The notes under the pieces: generated by a model
The model's input: only the letters and a program-made list of their open reading frames with translations
What the model was told of the DNA's origin: nothing
The model's database searches: none
From: Flaccisagitta enflata
Lineage: Eukaryota
Direction of reading: 5' to 3'
DNA: 64,000 nt
Assembly: GCA_965153355.1 (NCBI GenBank)
Contig: OZ231126.1
Location: 25,916,001 to 25,980,000 of the forward strand
In this document: one piece after another, positions 16,358 through 31,039 of the stretch
How positions within the stretch are numbered: the stretch's first letter is position 1
Layout of the letters: each line of letters opens with the position of its first letter
Position numbers and translations under genes: made by a program

Positions 16358-16552
16358 ATACCTTAAGTACCTAAAATTACTTAAGTACCCTAAAGTACCC
16401 TGAAGTACCCTGAAATACCTTAGAGTACCTTTAAATACCTTAAAAAACCTTAAAAAGTCATAATTTCAAAAACGTGACGGACGGACCGACAGACCGACCT
16501 ACCGACCGACCGACACGGCAAGGTGTAGAGTCGCGTGCACGCAACTAAAAAA
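16358..16552 (-). mobile_element. Partial family A element (duplicated 5' part of 13255-14117)
   Basis: Near-identical to 13923-14117. Confidence 0.75.
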
Positions 16553-16769
16553 TACCAGAAAAGATCACCACAAACAGTTGTGATGAAAAATGTTCTAGAT
16601 TTACACCATTTTTTCATTTATTTCAAAAAGCGCCCCGGGAGTGTTTTAGTTTACTTTAGATCTATATTGTACACACTACAATGACCCAAAAACTATCAAA
16701 ATGAATGACGATCATTCTACCTCAACTCATTCCGTGTTTTGGCTGGTAGTGCACCAAAGGTGCCAATTA

Positions 16770-17367
16770 CAGTGTTCGTGGAATAACAGCCTAAACTGGA
16801 GGAAGGTATTTAAGTGTCTTAATTTCATTTGACAAACTTGATATTTGAAATATAAGCTGTTCACTTGTTGCTTTTATCCCTGAGTTTTTTAGTTGCCATG
16901 GAAACCAAAATTATTTTTTTAAACATTTATAACCACTCAAATATCAATATTTTGAGAAATATTGTCAGGGAACATTGCTTAAAATTTAATTGCTATAATC
17001 TTCCCACAGTATGTTCTGTAAGAATATTGCTCGTTTGGCCGTTGCTAGGGGGCATCACACCTAGCAACCGCTAAATGATGCTCCCTAGCAACGGCTAAAC
17101 GAGCAATATTCTTACAGGACATGCTGTGGGAAAGTTGTAGCAAATCTAATTCTGAGCAATGTTCCCTGATAATATTTGTCAAAATATTGATATTCTAGTT
17201 GTTATAAATGTTCAAAAAAATAATTTTGGTTTCCATAGCAACCAAAAAACTCAGGGACAAAAGCATCAAGTGAACAACTTATATTTCAAATATCAAGTTT
17301 GTCAAATAAAATTAAGACTCTTAAATACCTTCCTCCAGTTTAGGCTGTTATTCCACGAACCCCACTG
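16770..17367. mobile_element. 598-bp palindromic MITE, Tc1/mariner-like
   Basis: TA-CAGTG...CACTG-TA; ~290-bp inverted arms; absent from the paralogous site near 14335. Confidence 0.9.
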
Positions 17368-17469
17368 TAGCATCATAGCAATGCTGCGCGGCAGGCAAAC
17401 GCAAAAGTGCAGCAGTTGCAGCCAGCCAGGGCGGTTATGGAGGAAAAGGGGGAAAGAGACGAAAAGAAA

Positions 17470-17525
<56 letters not shown>

Positions 17526-17917
17526 TCCTGGGAAGTCATTTGGTAATTTAGTAATTTGTCTGGTAGATTATTGGAATTTTGTCTGGTAACCTTGGTAAGG
17601 GTGCGTCTGCATTCACCATATCATTTGGATATTTCATCTGGATATCAATATCCGGATATTCTACATAGTGAATTTACAAAATTTACTACATGAAATATCC
17701 GGATAAAAATATTCAAATAAAATATCCGAATAAACTGATTAATGCACACACACTTCTAAGGTAAAGATCTGGTAACTTTGGTAACCTGGGAGAAAAATTT
17801 GGTAATTTTGGTAATTTCTTAGTTATTTTAGCTGATTTGAAGAAATGATTTAAATCTTTTTTTAATGAATCTTTCATTTTGAGCGTCTTATCATTCACCA
17901 TGCGTATGTCACTAGGA

Positions 17918-17949
<32 letters not shown>

Positions 17950-17971
17950 GTTTGCTCTCTCAACCTTTGCC

Positions 17972-18145
17972 TTTTTAGTTGCGGACACGCAACTCTATAA
18001 AAGGCTTTGTCCGTCCGTCCGTCCGTCCGTTGGTCGGTCGGTCGGTCGGTCCGTTGGTGAGCACGAGTCAAAAAGTGGGAAAACACGCATATCTGCCCCG
18101 CCCACCAGTCCGCAACTGGTGGCCGTGTATCCGGCCTTGTTTTTT
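17972..18145 (+). mobile_element. Family A element (duplicate of 14587-14760)
   Basis: Near-identical sequence and flanks. Confidence 0.85.
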
Positions 18146-18772
18146 CGTTTTCGTCCTGCAAAGTTCTATTTATGTTCGGATTCAGATTCCCCCTTCTCCC
18201 GCTTATGCGTTTCGTTTTAACTCAATCCTTCTTTGCTCCTCCGTTATACATGTATAAGCAGCATTCAATCGTTGAGAAGGACCGAGAGATAGTCCCTGGT
18301 ATATTTATTTCTCCTCAATTTTTTCTCGCTTCATGAAGCCATATGAGGGCACGATCCCCCGGCCGCCGAACCCCCGACCCTTTGACCCCCTGAGCCTCCC
18401 ACCTCCAGGGTGGTATCTCATGCGATTTTCCCCTGAACCATGGCTTTTTTTCGCCCCTCCGCCGTCTCGTGTGGTTCCTGTCGCAATTCCAGAATTTTCA
18501 TATTTCTTTTTCCTTCAATTTTTCTTTACCCCGGATTTCTTTGTTTTTTGTTTTTTGTTTTTCGTTTTTTGTTTTGTTTTTTATTTGTCTGTGTTTTCTT
18601 TTCTTTTCCTTCTTTTCTTTTAGCTTCTTTTTACCCCCAGTTTTGTTGTTTTCTTTTTTAGTTCATCTTTTTCGTTCCTTTCTTTTCTTCTTCTTCTTCT
18701 TTCCCTAATCATTTCCCTGACTAAATCTTTTTATTTCTTACATGATCACTGCCTCTCTTTTCCTTCCTTTTC

Positions 18773-18980
18773 TTTTAGTGGCGTGCTACGTGACTCTATC
18801 ATCCACTATGTCAGTTGGTTGGTTGGTCGGTCCGTCCATCCGTCGGTCTCCCTTAGCTTTTTTCGGCATTTACAGGAGGTTTTTGCGCTCCTGCTCCTGC
18901 CCAATTGCTTAATTAGCCTTTTTTATTACTGCCCCTGCCCACCCGCACGCGATTTCGGTAGCCGTGTATACGGCCTTGTT
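18773..18980 (+). mobile_element. Family A element
   Basis: TTTTAGTGGCGTGCTACGTGACT start; GCACGCGATT...GCCGTGTATACGGCCTTGTT end. Confidence 0.8.
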
Positions 18981-19608
18981 CTATGTCCCTTTCGCTCTTT
19001 CTCTCTCTGGGCATTAGTTTCAGTTGTTTTTTTCTGCCTTCGTTCCTTTTTTCTCTCTCTTTCTTCCTTCCTTATTTCTTTTCCTATCTTTCCAGCTTTT
19101 TACGTCTTTTCTTTTTTTCTTTCTTTTCCATGATTTCCCTCTCCAATCTCGATTTTTCTCTCCTTTCTCCATCTTTGCAACACTGGGCGAAGGCTATGGC
19201 GAGGAGGTCATGACTTTTTAGTCAACTCTATTTCTCTCCGTTATTTCTGTCCCAATTTCTTTCTCTTTTTTCACCTCTTTTTCTCTCCTCCTGACCATGT
19301 TTCTCCATTTGTTTTTTTTTTATTGTACTGTATCTTCTGTTCTCTCTCTCTCACTATCGTTCCTGTGAACTTCTGTCCCCTGATTTTTACCATCATTCTG
19401 TCTGTGTGTTTTTCTTTACATTTGACGTTTCTGCCAGTCTAACTCCAATCTCATTTTTGTGTTCTCTGTGTGTTTCTTTGAATGTCTGTACGTTTTTCTA
19501 TCTGTTTATCTCTGTCTAAGTGTCTGTCTTTAGTATTGTTATTGTCTGTCTTTCTAACTATCCCTGCCATTATCTATATCTGTCTCTGTCCCTGTTGTAG
19601 TGACTGAA

Positions 19609-20035
<427 letters not shown>

Positions 20036-20182
20036 AGTTCATGCTTGAAATTCCAGCTCAGACGTAGGCGGAGTCAGTCTGGTTTTTCGTTTGGATTTAC
20101 CTTTTTTTCCTCCTCGTAGTTTTCATGTTTGTTCTTGATAGTTCCTTAATCTAGAGTTGTCTTTTCAAGTTGATGTTGATTC

Positions 20183-20313
20183 TTTTTAGGTGCGACAAAG
20201 CACCTCTATAACTGGCTGTGTCCGTTGGTCTGTCGGTCGGTCTGTTGGTTGGTCGGTAACGCATTTGTTCGACGATCCACACGTCGCACCTTATTGGCCT
20301 ACTTGGCCTTGTT
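20183..20313 (+). mobile_element. Family A variant (AGGTGCGAC subfamily)
   Basis: AGGTGCGAC-AAAGCACCT start; 3' GTCGCACCT, hairpin GGCCTACTTGGCC, TTGTT. Confidence 0.8.
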
Positions 20314-20513
20314 GTTCCTTCTTATCCGTAGAAATCTCTCTTGTTTTTATTGTTTTTGGGATGTTTCAAATTACCGCTTCTTTTATTAGTTTGACATTTT
20401 TCTATTTTAAGGGAGACGAAGTAGTATACATTTTAGAGCATTTTCAGTAAACAACTAGGTATAAAAATTCAAAAGTGAGATTGAATGTCTTGAGAACAAG
20501 GTCTGCTCTATTT

Positions 20514-20770
20514 AAAACAAGGCCAAGACAGTCACGTGCGGTTGTTAAGACCATAAGACTAAAGTCTAAAAGACCAAAAGACTAAATGTAAATTGACTTA
20601 AAATGACTTTGAATAAATTCAAATGACTTAAAATGACTTAAAATGATATAAAATGACATAAATTGACGAAAAAAAGCCAAGTGACGGACGGACTGACGGA
20701 CTGACGGACTGACGGACCGACAGACAGACGGACAGAGCGGGTTGTAGAGTCACTTGCACGCGACTAAGAA
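20514..20770 (-). mobile_element. Family A element with AAAATGACTT array
   Basis: AACAAGGCCAAGACAGTCACGTGC left end; AGTCACTTGCACGCGACTAAGAA right end. Confidence 0.75.
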
Positions 20771-21717
20771 TTTGTTCAAAAATATAATGTTAAAGTAATT
20801 GCTTCCCAAAGATGACTTTTGACCAAGCTAGTAAGATATGTACGTATACATCCAAATGACTCCCAATATGCAGGAGAACGCGGTGGTAACCTTTTGCAAT
20901 GGTACCAGCTCACCAGCAACCTTCGTTCGGATGAATATAAGTCGATGATTCTATGGACCTAAGCGTTTACATATACCCTCGCCTGATCTCGTCGCTTTTG
21001 GTCAAGCCTTTATTTTTTCCCTCATGATGTTTGCGGGGATTTCATCTCCTGACTTGTTTGCGGCGTTTGTGTCAGATTTGGATGCGAGATCAAGGTTAAG
21101 CTTCCAAGCTTTTCCGATCAGTCGAGTCGCTTTTCTTTCCCTTCTCTTTTCCTTTCTTTGACCTTTACCCCTCTTCTAGCATGACTCCCTTGATCATATA
21201 ACTGGATCATGCGACCTCTTGAGTTTGAAACCGCGTGATATTACTTCCAGGATCATGCAGCTGGCTCTCTGAATCAAGTCATTGCATCATGTGAGTTACT
21301 GAGCGCTCCCAAAAACTATCACTACCCAGCCCGGCCTGAAAGGCTGAATGCGACGATGCATGGTTTTCTTTTACCGTGACAGCATCTTTTTTAACGCCAC
21401 TCAAGTTATGCCATCTATGTAAAGAAACCGGATAGCGGGTCACGTGGCCAAACCAGACCTTGCCCCGTGCCGTTGGATCGTGAAACCTTGTGATGGATCT
21501 CTCAAAATTGCTCGGCGCCCGAATATTATTTCTAATCAAACGCCTTCTCAAGAATCCCCCACCCCTTCTTACCTACCACTCTTTCTCTGCCACAAAGGGG
21601 AAACCCTTTTGTAACCCCTCATTTCCATGCTTTCCTTTTCTCATCTGCCTATAAACTTTACCTCTTTTCCAATGCTCTTAGACAATCCCATCAGCTCCAC
21701 TCATGCTTACTCTTCAT

Positions 21718-22023
21718 TAGGGTGGTCACGAAATAGGGTCAAATTTCAAAAAATGATATACTCTAGTTTTTTTTGCATAAATGTACCAAAAAAGGTTTTC
21801 CCACAAGTAGAGGTCTGAATTTGAATATTAAACCATGGCGGCAAAACTATAGGCTTTCTATGGCAATAAAAATATCCCCATAGCAACCCTATAGTTTTGC
21901 CGACAAGGTTTCTTGTTTGATTTCACACCCCATCTTGTGAGAAATCCTTCTTTTCTTGGACATTTGTGCAAAGGGCTCAAGTATATCAATATATGAAATT
22001 TGACCCGATTCGGGACCACCCTA
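21718..22023. mobile_element. hAT-like foldback MITE
   Basis: TAGGGTGGTC / GACCACCCTA termini, long imperfect arms, perfect 8-bp TSD CTCTTCAT. Confidence 0.9.
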
Positions 22024-22369
22024 CTCTTCATCTCCCCCCCCCCCCCCACTTTGACCTTTTTGGTCGCATTTGGAATTTACAACCTTGCATCAGCAAAAAC
22101 TTGTTTCACTGCAAGAGCTTAGGATTGGGGTAATACCCTTCACTTCCACAATTTTTTAGGTCAAGCGTTTTTTCAATTTTCAAGCAGAAGAAAAGACAGA
22201 AAATAATTGTTGACGGTTTCCTCGGTAAGCTCTTTTTGCACTCTTTTTCTTTATTTTTTTCGGCAGACTTTTCTATGTATAGTTTTCTTAAAAACTCAGG
22301 GGAGAGCCATGTTTACCAAAAAAGTTGAGGCTCAGAATGCCATGGAAACCACCGGCCAAAACTATCTCC

Positions 22370-22710
22370 AATGTTCACATATTGTTGAGGTTTCATTGGA
22401 CTTTTTTCTCCCACTCCCCACCTTTATCCTCCTTTTCGAACCCTTTTGATTACATTTGGAATTACAAAGCATCCTTCTCACGTATATGTGAGGTTTGATA
22501 TGACTTTCCTTTTCAAATACCGTCCTTCATCCTCTATTTTGCCTCTCTTTTGGTTGTATTTGGAGTTAAGTAACCTTTTCACATATAGGTGAGGTGTTGT
22601 TGCACTTGCCTCTCCCTCTCCCCACCTTTATCCTCCTTTTTGGACCCATTTAGTTGCGTTTGGAATTATGCAACCTTTTCACATATAGGTGAGGTTTCAC
22701 TGCACTTACC
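22370..22710. repeat. Degenerate ~100-bp tandem repeat
   Basis: Recurring TCACATATAGGTGAGGT and TTTGGAATTA motifs. Confidence 0.6.
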
Positions 22711-22798
22711 ACGTCGTACCGGAAAATGCGCCACTAACTTGGCGCGTGTTAAGAATGCTAACAAGGAGATGAGCTTTTCCTCTCGTTTTTTCCCTCTC

Positions 22799-22946
22799 TT
22801 TTTTTTAGTCGCATGCACGCGACTCTACAACCCACTCTGTCCGTCTGTCTGTTGGTCGGTCGGTCGGTCGGTCGGTCACACTTTGATTTTCTTCGCCGCC
22901 CCTGCCCACCCGCACGCGACTAAGGTAGCCGTGTATCCGGCCTTGT
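22799..22946 (+). mobile_element. Family A element
   Basis: Complete termini with (GGTC)n. Confidence 0.85.
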
Positions 22947-24247
22947 AAAGCTGCGTCCAAATATCTCGTACAGGATAAACAGGTCATATTTACCATTTAT
23001 GGCGTTTTTGTAACCCTCTTGTCATTCAGCATTGAATGAAAAAACAGCAATTTGTAAAGAAAAAAATTATCGTTTTTAATTTTCATGACTACAGTGCGTG
23101 ATTTTTATTTTTCTGCCGTTTGAGCGGTTGCCTTTGGCAACCGTCCTATACATCGTTGTTGTCGACGTTTTCTGCTTTCATCGTCGTCATCATCGTCGTC
23201 GTCATCTTTAGCAGTATTGTCGTCGACATCGTCGTCATCGTCGTCGTCGTCCTCACCGATGCTGGCGTCTTTTAGAATGTTGGCGTTCTCTGGGGATTTT
23301 TTGTCAGAAACTTGAAATGCGTCTTTGACAAGAAAACCGAGTTGGAAGCTGAAAACCCTCAGGGCAAAATCCAACATATCCAACCAACAAGACCACACAG
23401 CACCACACCACACAGCACCACACCACACAGCACCACGGCTAAACACAAAACACTTAAATAAAAGATGAAAACACTCATAGCAAAATCCGATATACTAAAC
23501 CATTTTGACCGCGCAACACCGCACCACACAGCACCACAGCTAACCACAGAATACTTACATAGAAGCTGAAAACCCTCACAGCAAAATCCAATATACCAAA
23601 CTATCAAGGCCACATAGCACATAGCACATAGAACATAGCACATAGTACAAAGCATATAGCACATAGCAAATAGCACATAGCACTGCACCAGACATCCTCA
23701 CAGCAAACCACACAACACTAACGTAGAAACTGAAAACCCTCTAGGCAACATTTTACTAATAGAACCAATCAGACCATACTATCAATACAAATAAAATCGC
23801 ACCACGCCCCAACAAACCACAGAACATTGAGTCAAAATTGTCAGAGCAAGATAAAACCAATCAAACCAACAAGACCCCAAAATACCACACTACACGATAC
23901 TATGTTGCATTGGAAGCTGAAATCCTGAAGGCAAGATCCAACCAACTGAATCAACAAGGTCACACAACGCTGCGCCACAAAATACGACAGACTAACACAC
24001 GAAAACACAATGCATGACACCACGAACACAATATCACAACAAAAAACCTGAATGCTGAAACGCTCAAGACAGAATTCTTCCATTCGGCAAGCGAGGCCAC
24101 AAGATACGTACCACGCCACGTCACGCCACAGCACGCCACATCGTACAGAGTTGGGATTAAGGAACCAACATATTAACACAGAACCACTTCATAGATAAGC
24201 CTGAACTCGTTTACTATCCGCAAACACACTTAAAACAAACATATAGG

Positions 24248-24495
<248 letters not shown>

Positions 24496-24889
24496 CACTC
24501 ACACACATTAAAAGGAACATGTCACATTGATAAATTGCCCTCATCTCGCTATAGAATTCCACTGATGTCATTTTTACATTGACATGGAAAAGAAAAGCAA
24601 TTCTTTTTCTGACGCGTTTTTCATTAACAAGTTAAAACATTGGATTTTGTATCTATTTCCTCTACTTACACATTTTCCCATCTACTTTCCTGCGTATTTT
24701 CCCCATGCCTATGTCCTTCGGTCCCCAAGTATGTCAGTCACAGTTGGTCTGTTACAATTCATCCCATACTATTTGTCTATCTGTGTTTCTTCTGTTTGTC
24801 TTTGTCTGTCTTTTTCTCTGTGTTTCTCTGTCTGTCTGTTTGTCCGTTTGTCTAACTCTGTCTGTCTATCTGTCTGTCTGTTTGTCCGT

Positions 24890-24952
<63 letters not shown>

Positions 24953-25362
24953 TTCTCCTATTGGTTCTGCCCTCACTACCCCCTTCTTTTTCTCCTTCCA
25001 CCCCTTTGGTCTCCTTCCCGCATTGCTCCGCTTTGTCTAACCACGCTGGCTGATTAAACTCAAGCCAGAGTTCCTAATCAAAGTGGCGCTCTGGTGCTTC
25101 GATTTGCCAATTGAGTGCCACTTGGCCACTCGCCGCGCCAACGCCACGTCCGCCACAGTCCGCCACATTCCAACACACTCAGCCAGATTCCGCCTCACTC
25201 TCTCACTCAAACCGTTTCCAACAAGTACATCCGGGGTTTCATTTCTATTTGTTTCTCTCACTATTCCCACGCGTTACATACGGAGATTAGCAATTGGACC
25301 CGCAGATTAGCCAACTACATCCGCTCCCACTTGGCGCCGCAATACCCGGCTTTCTGTCTCTG

Positions 25363-25472
<110 letters not shown>

Positions 25473-26328
25473 TTTCCAGTTCCGCTTTGACCAGGAAGTA
25501 GTAAACTACAGCCGCGCGGGCCGATGAGAGAAAGACTGAAAATGTGATTAACAAGTGAGTGAGGGTGGAAGGGTGGGAAGGCGTGGGATGCTTCAGGTTG
25601 ATTGTCGATGTTCTGCAAGCGCATCGAGTTGTTTCTTAGTATAAAGAATGCAACGATGATATCAAGCAATTGTTTCGTTTAAGAATATTGTGAGTACTGT
25701 ATAGGATTTGAATCGACGTTCAGACGAGATGGAGTTTTTGCCGATGGGACAATGTTTATTGTCTGGGTAAAGATGGCGAATTTTCAACAAACATGGATCA
25801 ACCGTTCAGGTGTGTCAAATGTGGGTGATGACTGAGACCATAACGCTGACGAAGGATGGGGCTGTTGATTTTGGAGCGATCGCTATTTTTCTTTTTCCAA
25901 AAATCAATAAGTAACCGTTCTTTTTTTCAGGATAGAAATCTAATGCAATGTCTGCACTCTCGTCCGCCAAGAAATGAATTTAATAACCAAAAAAAGACTA
26001 TTTTACTATTTCATTGAAGTTGGTATGATTAACCCAGACTCTTTTCTGTGAAGCTTTTAAGAGGATAGCAGCATTTAAAAGTAATTTGAATGCCCTTCTA
26101 TGTAAGGCAAAGGATGAAAAGTCGATAACGTGACTACAACATTATGCAAATTAGGGGCAAAACAGGATTTTTGGAAAAAACGGAAGATGACCGAAATTTG
26201 CAAAAAGAAAAATGGTGAAGGCATCAAAATGAGTAACCCCATGATGCCCTAGCGTTATACTCTCAGGGATTAATGTTATGCACATTGACACACCCGAATC
26301 AACCATATTTGCTTGAATCATAACATGG

Positions 26329-26543
26329 TTTTTAGTCGCGTGCTATGCGACTCTACACCCCGCTATGTCGGTCCGTCGGTTGGTCGGTCGGTTGGTCGGT
26401 CGGTTGGTCCCCTTTTTACTTTTTCGGCGTTTTTGAGCATTTTGAGCATACGGCTCCTGCCCAGATGCCCTAGTGACCTTCTCCAGCACTGCTCCTGCCC
26501 ACCCGCACGCGACTAGGGTAGCTGTGTATCCGGTCTTGTTTTT
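26329..26543 (+). mobile_element. Family A element
   Basis: Complete termini. Confidence 0.85.
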
Positions 26544-26754
26544 ATTCACCCCCTAAATACGTGCGCAGAATCGGTTGATATTGATTGAGGGAAGACACTT
26601 CTTTATTTGGAATCGCTTCCCTATTTGGAGGCATATCCCTATTTGGTTTTCCTAATTTCCTTTGATTTCGGAGAGACAAATGACAACAGACAACTTTAAA
26701 GAAATAGTTGTTTTTGCATTACTTGTCTGGAACAAATGCTTGGTTAATCCACTT

Positions 26755-26936
26755 GCACGAGACTTGGGTAGACGTGTATCCGGCCTTGTTTTTAGTCGCG
26801 GACACGCGACTCTACACCTCGCTGTGTCGCTCCGTCGGTCGGTCCGTCGATAACATTTTTGAATTGCGAGCAGTTTTCGCATTACTGCTCCTGCCCAACC
26901 GTCCGCGACTGTCCTGCCGTGTATCCGGCCTTGTTT
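26755..26936 (+). mobile_element. Family A element (26789-26936) joined head-to-tail to an orphan 3' end (26755-26790)
   Basis: Junction reads ...GTGTATCCGGCCTTG-TTTTT-AGTCGCGGACACGCGACT... Confidence 0.8.
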
Positions 26937-27727
26937 GTAGAAAAGGCCCCATGGAAATTCTTTAGCAAAATGGGTTTTCCCAATTTCAAACAAAAATTCC
27001 AGTTATTGTCTGCTGCGTGCCTTGATTACGACAATTATAAAGTATCTTCTACTACAGTTGAGAAGCTGATAGCACTCCCTTAACTTTGGTCAGCATTGCA
27101 TAGTTTGAAGATTCACGGACTTCGTCAACGGGGCGCGTGGTTGCGCAAAACCCTAAAAGTCTCTTCAGAGATTTCAGGAAGATATACGCGTCGAATGCTT
27201 GCCTAAAGAGCGTGAAGATTTTGGCATGAAAGTTGTATATATAATTCCTTTATGAAATCAGTGTTTTACTTACATTATCACCGAAGAACGTATCACAGGA
27301 TGTCAACTTCGACACTTTTATCTTTTTTTAAATCTTCAAATACGAATAGAATTTTTCTAACAAGTAAATATCGACAATTACTGAGTCTTGGTTAAAATGC
27401 TTCAAAAGTTTTTTTGGACAAGTTTTTGACTGCAATATGCAAATATGAAATCGACGGTTTAATCACTTATTCCTCTCTCTCTCTCTCTCTCTCTCTCTTG
27501 TTATCAATTTTAGCTCTTTTTAGATCAGCTTGATTCCTCGATTTGTTTTTTTCCCCAGTTAAATTGTGGTCTGGGATTCAGACAACTTTGAATGAGCTAA
27601 AGGCCAAATACTAGTTTGTTTCAAATTTAAGTTATTCGAGCTATCGCAATGTTTATCCTTTATCCTTTATCCTATCTAATTCCGTTGACAAGACAGTCCT
27701 CAATTCTAAAACATGAAATAACAATGT

Positions 27728-27825
27728 GATAGCAATACAGTAGCAAGACAGTAGCAAGACAGTAGCAAGACAGTAGCAAGACAGCAAGACAGCAAGACAG
27801 TAGCAAGACAGTAGCAAGACAGTAT
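27728..27825. repeat. 11-bp minisatellite (GACAGTAGCAA)n
   Basis: Direct reading. Confidence 0.85.
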
Positions 27826-27916
27826 GGTAAGGTAAATCCACTGATTTAAATGGCGTCCATGCCAGGGGACCAACAAATTTCATCCACTATGGATGGATTT
27901 CCGTTATTGCCAATAT

Positions 27917-28394
27917 AACAAGTCTAACAGGCCAACAGTCACGTGCTCCGTTTAACATTAATACCCCTTCCTTCTTTCCTCCCTTCCTTTCTTCCTTGAT
28001 TCCTTTCTTTCTTTCTTCCTTTCCTTCCATTGCTTTTTTTTCCTTCTTTCCTTCATTACTTCCCTTTTTTTTCCCTCCCTCTATTCTTTTCCCCTTCATT
28101 CCTTCCTCCCTCCCTTCCACCCTTCCTTTTTTCCTTCCTAATAACAATTTAACCTACCTTCAAATACCCGAGAGTAACTGTAAATAACCAAAAATATCCA
28201 AAAATTAGAGAAATAACCGAAAGTGAAAATTTTAAAATTTTTTTTAGAAACTTCTTTTCCCACCTTGAAAAAACCCACAATCAGTTTTTTTCACCCTAAG
28301 AGGAAACGTCCAAAATTTTAATATGTTACGGACGAACAGACGGACGGACGGATTGACAGACCAAGGTGCAATGTCGGGTGCATGCGACTAGAAA
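27917..28394 (-). mobile_element. Decayed long family A element
   Basis: AACAAGTCTAACAGGCCAACAGTCACGTGC left end; GTCGGGTGCATGCGACTAGAAA right end; (CCTT)-rich interior. Confidence 0.65.
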
Positions 28395-28778
28395 TTAAAA
28401 GCAATTGACATGAAGGGATTATATCTTTATATCTGCTACAGGCGGATTTCCGTTACTCTCGGATCCTTGATAGCGAGGTTTAATTGTAATTATGATAGGC
28501 TCAAAGGAGAAGAAATGCTCACATGCGATTTCAAAGTGATTGAAAGCATTGCTTTTGACTCCTCACTGAGGAGTCCTCAGAGACTTTTCCTCTCACCACA
28601 GTTGTTAACTCTTAATGCCTATACATACTGCGCACACAACACACACATAGTGCAACCCCACACGCACATTGCACACGGCACACCCTCCGCTCCATCAGAC
28701 ATAATCAACACAAATCGATTTCTCCATCAATCATCCCAATCCATGTGTTGCGATACCACTGCGCGTGCCCATGAAAAC

Positions 28779-28926
<148 letters not shown>

Positions 28927-29253
28927 CGATTCGATTCGAAGATTTTATACCACGAGACTAAGAGCAGTCTAAGGGCATCATGACGGCAGGTATTGCATTC
29001 ATTTCAAGGAATAGAATAGGATATCTTCTTCTTCTTTTTCTTCTTTTTCTTCTTCTTCTTCTTCTTCTTCTTCTTCTTCATTTGCTTTCCTCTTTTGTTG
29101 CTGTTCTCGTTTTGATTTTGAAAGTTGCATTTCTTCCCCGAACCATATCCACGTGTTTTGTTATGGAGGGTGGGGGGGGGTTGTTAACATTCAGACATGC
29201 AAGGCATACAATCGGGCATCCAGACGCTAGGGGGCAACAAGTCTTGCACAACT

Positions 29254-29343
<90 letters not shown>

Positions 29344-29646
29344 GGACAGACAGACAGAGAGACACTCATCAGACAGTGATGTTTGTTGACGGCTTTTAAT
29401 CTTCTTTTGCGTCGATGTCGATCTTCCGTCACTGTTCTTCCTGATCTCGCAATAACGTGTTTCGTTGCTCTGCGGTCGTCAGTGCCAGTTTTGACCTTCC
29501 GCCGCCGTCAGCGCCAGTGTCGTACTTTTGCCGCCATCTGCGCCAGTTTCGACCTTCCGCCGCCACCGTCAGCGTCAGTGTAGAGCTGCCGCCGGATGTT
29601 GTTGTTGTTGTAGTGGTTGTTGTTGATGTTGATGTTGATGTTGTGG

Positions 29647-29716
<70 letters not shown>

Positions 29717-29980
29717 CATTATTGTTGTTGTTCTGTTCTTGTCCTTTCGTTTAAGCGTCCAGCAGCTTTATCGATCCATCTTTGACTTGAGACGGCGCAA
29801 TGTCCAGTTGCCTCCACCGGTTAGCCATGTTTGAATTGAGAAAGGCTCTTTTTTAGTAGCGGTTAGATCCGAGTGTTGACTCGGACAACACATACCATTA
29901 AAGACAATCTCACCTCGGAAGAGACTCCAGTGGACGGCAGGTGAGTGTCATTGCTCTTGTTACTTCTGTTTTCGTCGCCG

Positions 29981-30095
<115 letters not shown>

Positions 30096-30166
30096 CGTTG
30101 TTGTTTTTGCCGTTGTTGTTGTCGTTGTCGTTGTTTTTGCCGTTGTTGTTGTCGTTGTTGTTTTAG

Positions 30167-30200
<34 letters not shown>

Positions 30201-30307
30201 CGCATTTGTAATTTTCTTCCTCTTCGCCAGCGTCAGATTCTCGCTTTTTGATTCACGGATGTTGTGATTGCTGTTGTTGTAATTGTTGTTGTTGTTGTTG
30301 TTGTTAG

Positions 30308-30948
30308 CTAAGCGTAGATCATATCAAGAGCAGAGGCGTTTTCCGTTATGTGCTTCACTCTAGAATATTCATCGATGACTTGGCCAATCAGTGGTGAACG
30401 ATGCTCCATACTATTGAATCTTTTACGCGCAAATTCTGTGATATGGGCCTTGATCGGCGGGATTCCACTGCAATCGTGGAGATCGTCAATTGAGACATAT
30501 GCTGGAGTTCTCAAGATGACGCGTAGGGCTTGATTTTGAATCAGTTGTAACTTTTTGATGTGACAATCTGCTGCGTTGACGATGCAAAGGCTGCAATATT
30601 CGAAAAGGGAGCGAATGGTAGACTTATATAACTTAGCGATGACATCCGGTTTGAGGGTAGTTGACATGGACGATATTGCTCGTAGTAGGTTGAGTCTTTT
30701 GTATGATTTTGAGACTATTTTTCGCGTTTGTGGCTCCCATGTAAGTCTTGTGTCAAGCGTGACCCCCAGGAAGTCTGCTTCCTCCGACAGCGAAATTCCT
30801 TCCCCAAAGATGTTTATGGAGACATTGTTCCTTGTTACTTCATCTTTGTGTCTTGGGCATTTGGTAAACAGAATCAACTTTGACTTGTGCGGGCTGAGGG
30901 TCACCTGCCACTTCCGGCACCACTCTTCCAGTTTTTCTACTTCTCTTC

Positions 30949-30951
<3 letters not shown>
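30308..30951 (-). mobile_element. 5'-truncated non-LTR retrotransposon (Jockey/I-group LINE), C-terminal part of RT ORF2
   Basis: Translation includes WCRKWQVTLSPHKS, FLGVTLDTRLTW, LYKSTIRSLFEY and IQNQALRVIL, typical of late RT/thumb motifs. The stop is followed almost immediately by an (AAC)n tail; the 5' end abuts a (CT)n tract. Confidence 0.9.

Positions 30952-31039
<88 letters not shown>

Larger units (their letters stand above)
13923..18337 (+). repeat. Local direct duplication: 13923-14950 vs 16358-18337
   Basis: Colinear near-identity. Copy 2 has two extra segments, 16770-17367 and ~17617-17960. Confidence 0.9.

Noticed and set aside
20830-20965. Short protein-like frame (HPNDSQYAGERGGNLLQWYQL...)
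   Set aside because: About 42 codons with no recognised homology or clear splice signals.
21279-21551. Minus-strand 90-aa ORF containing WFGHVTR (RTE-like motif)
   Set aside because: The downstream GRP/W motifs are absent, and one short motif is insufficient.
29860-29946. Strong donor CAG|GTGAGT at 29940
   Set aside because: No convincing acceptor, frame or partner exon.
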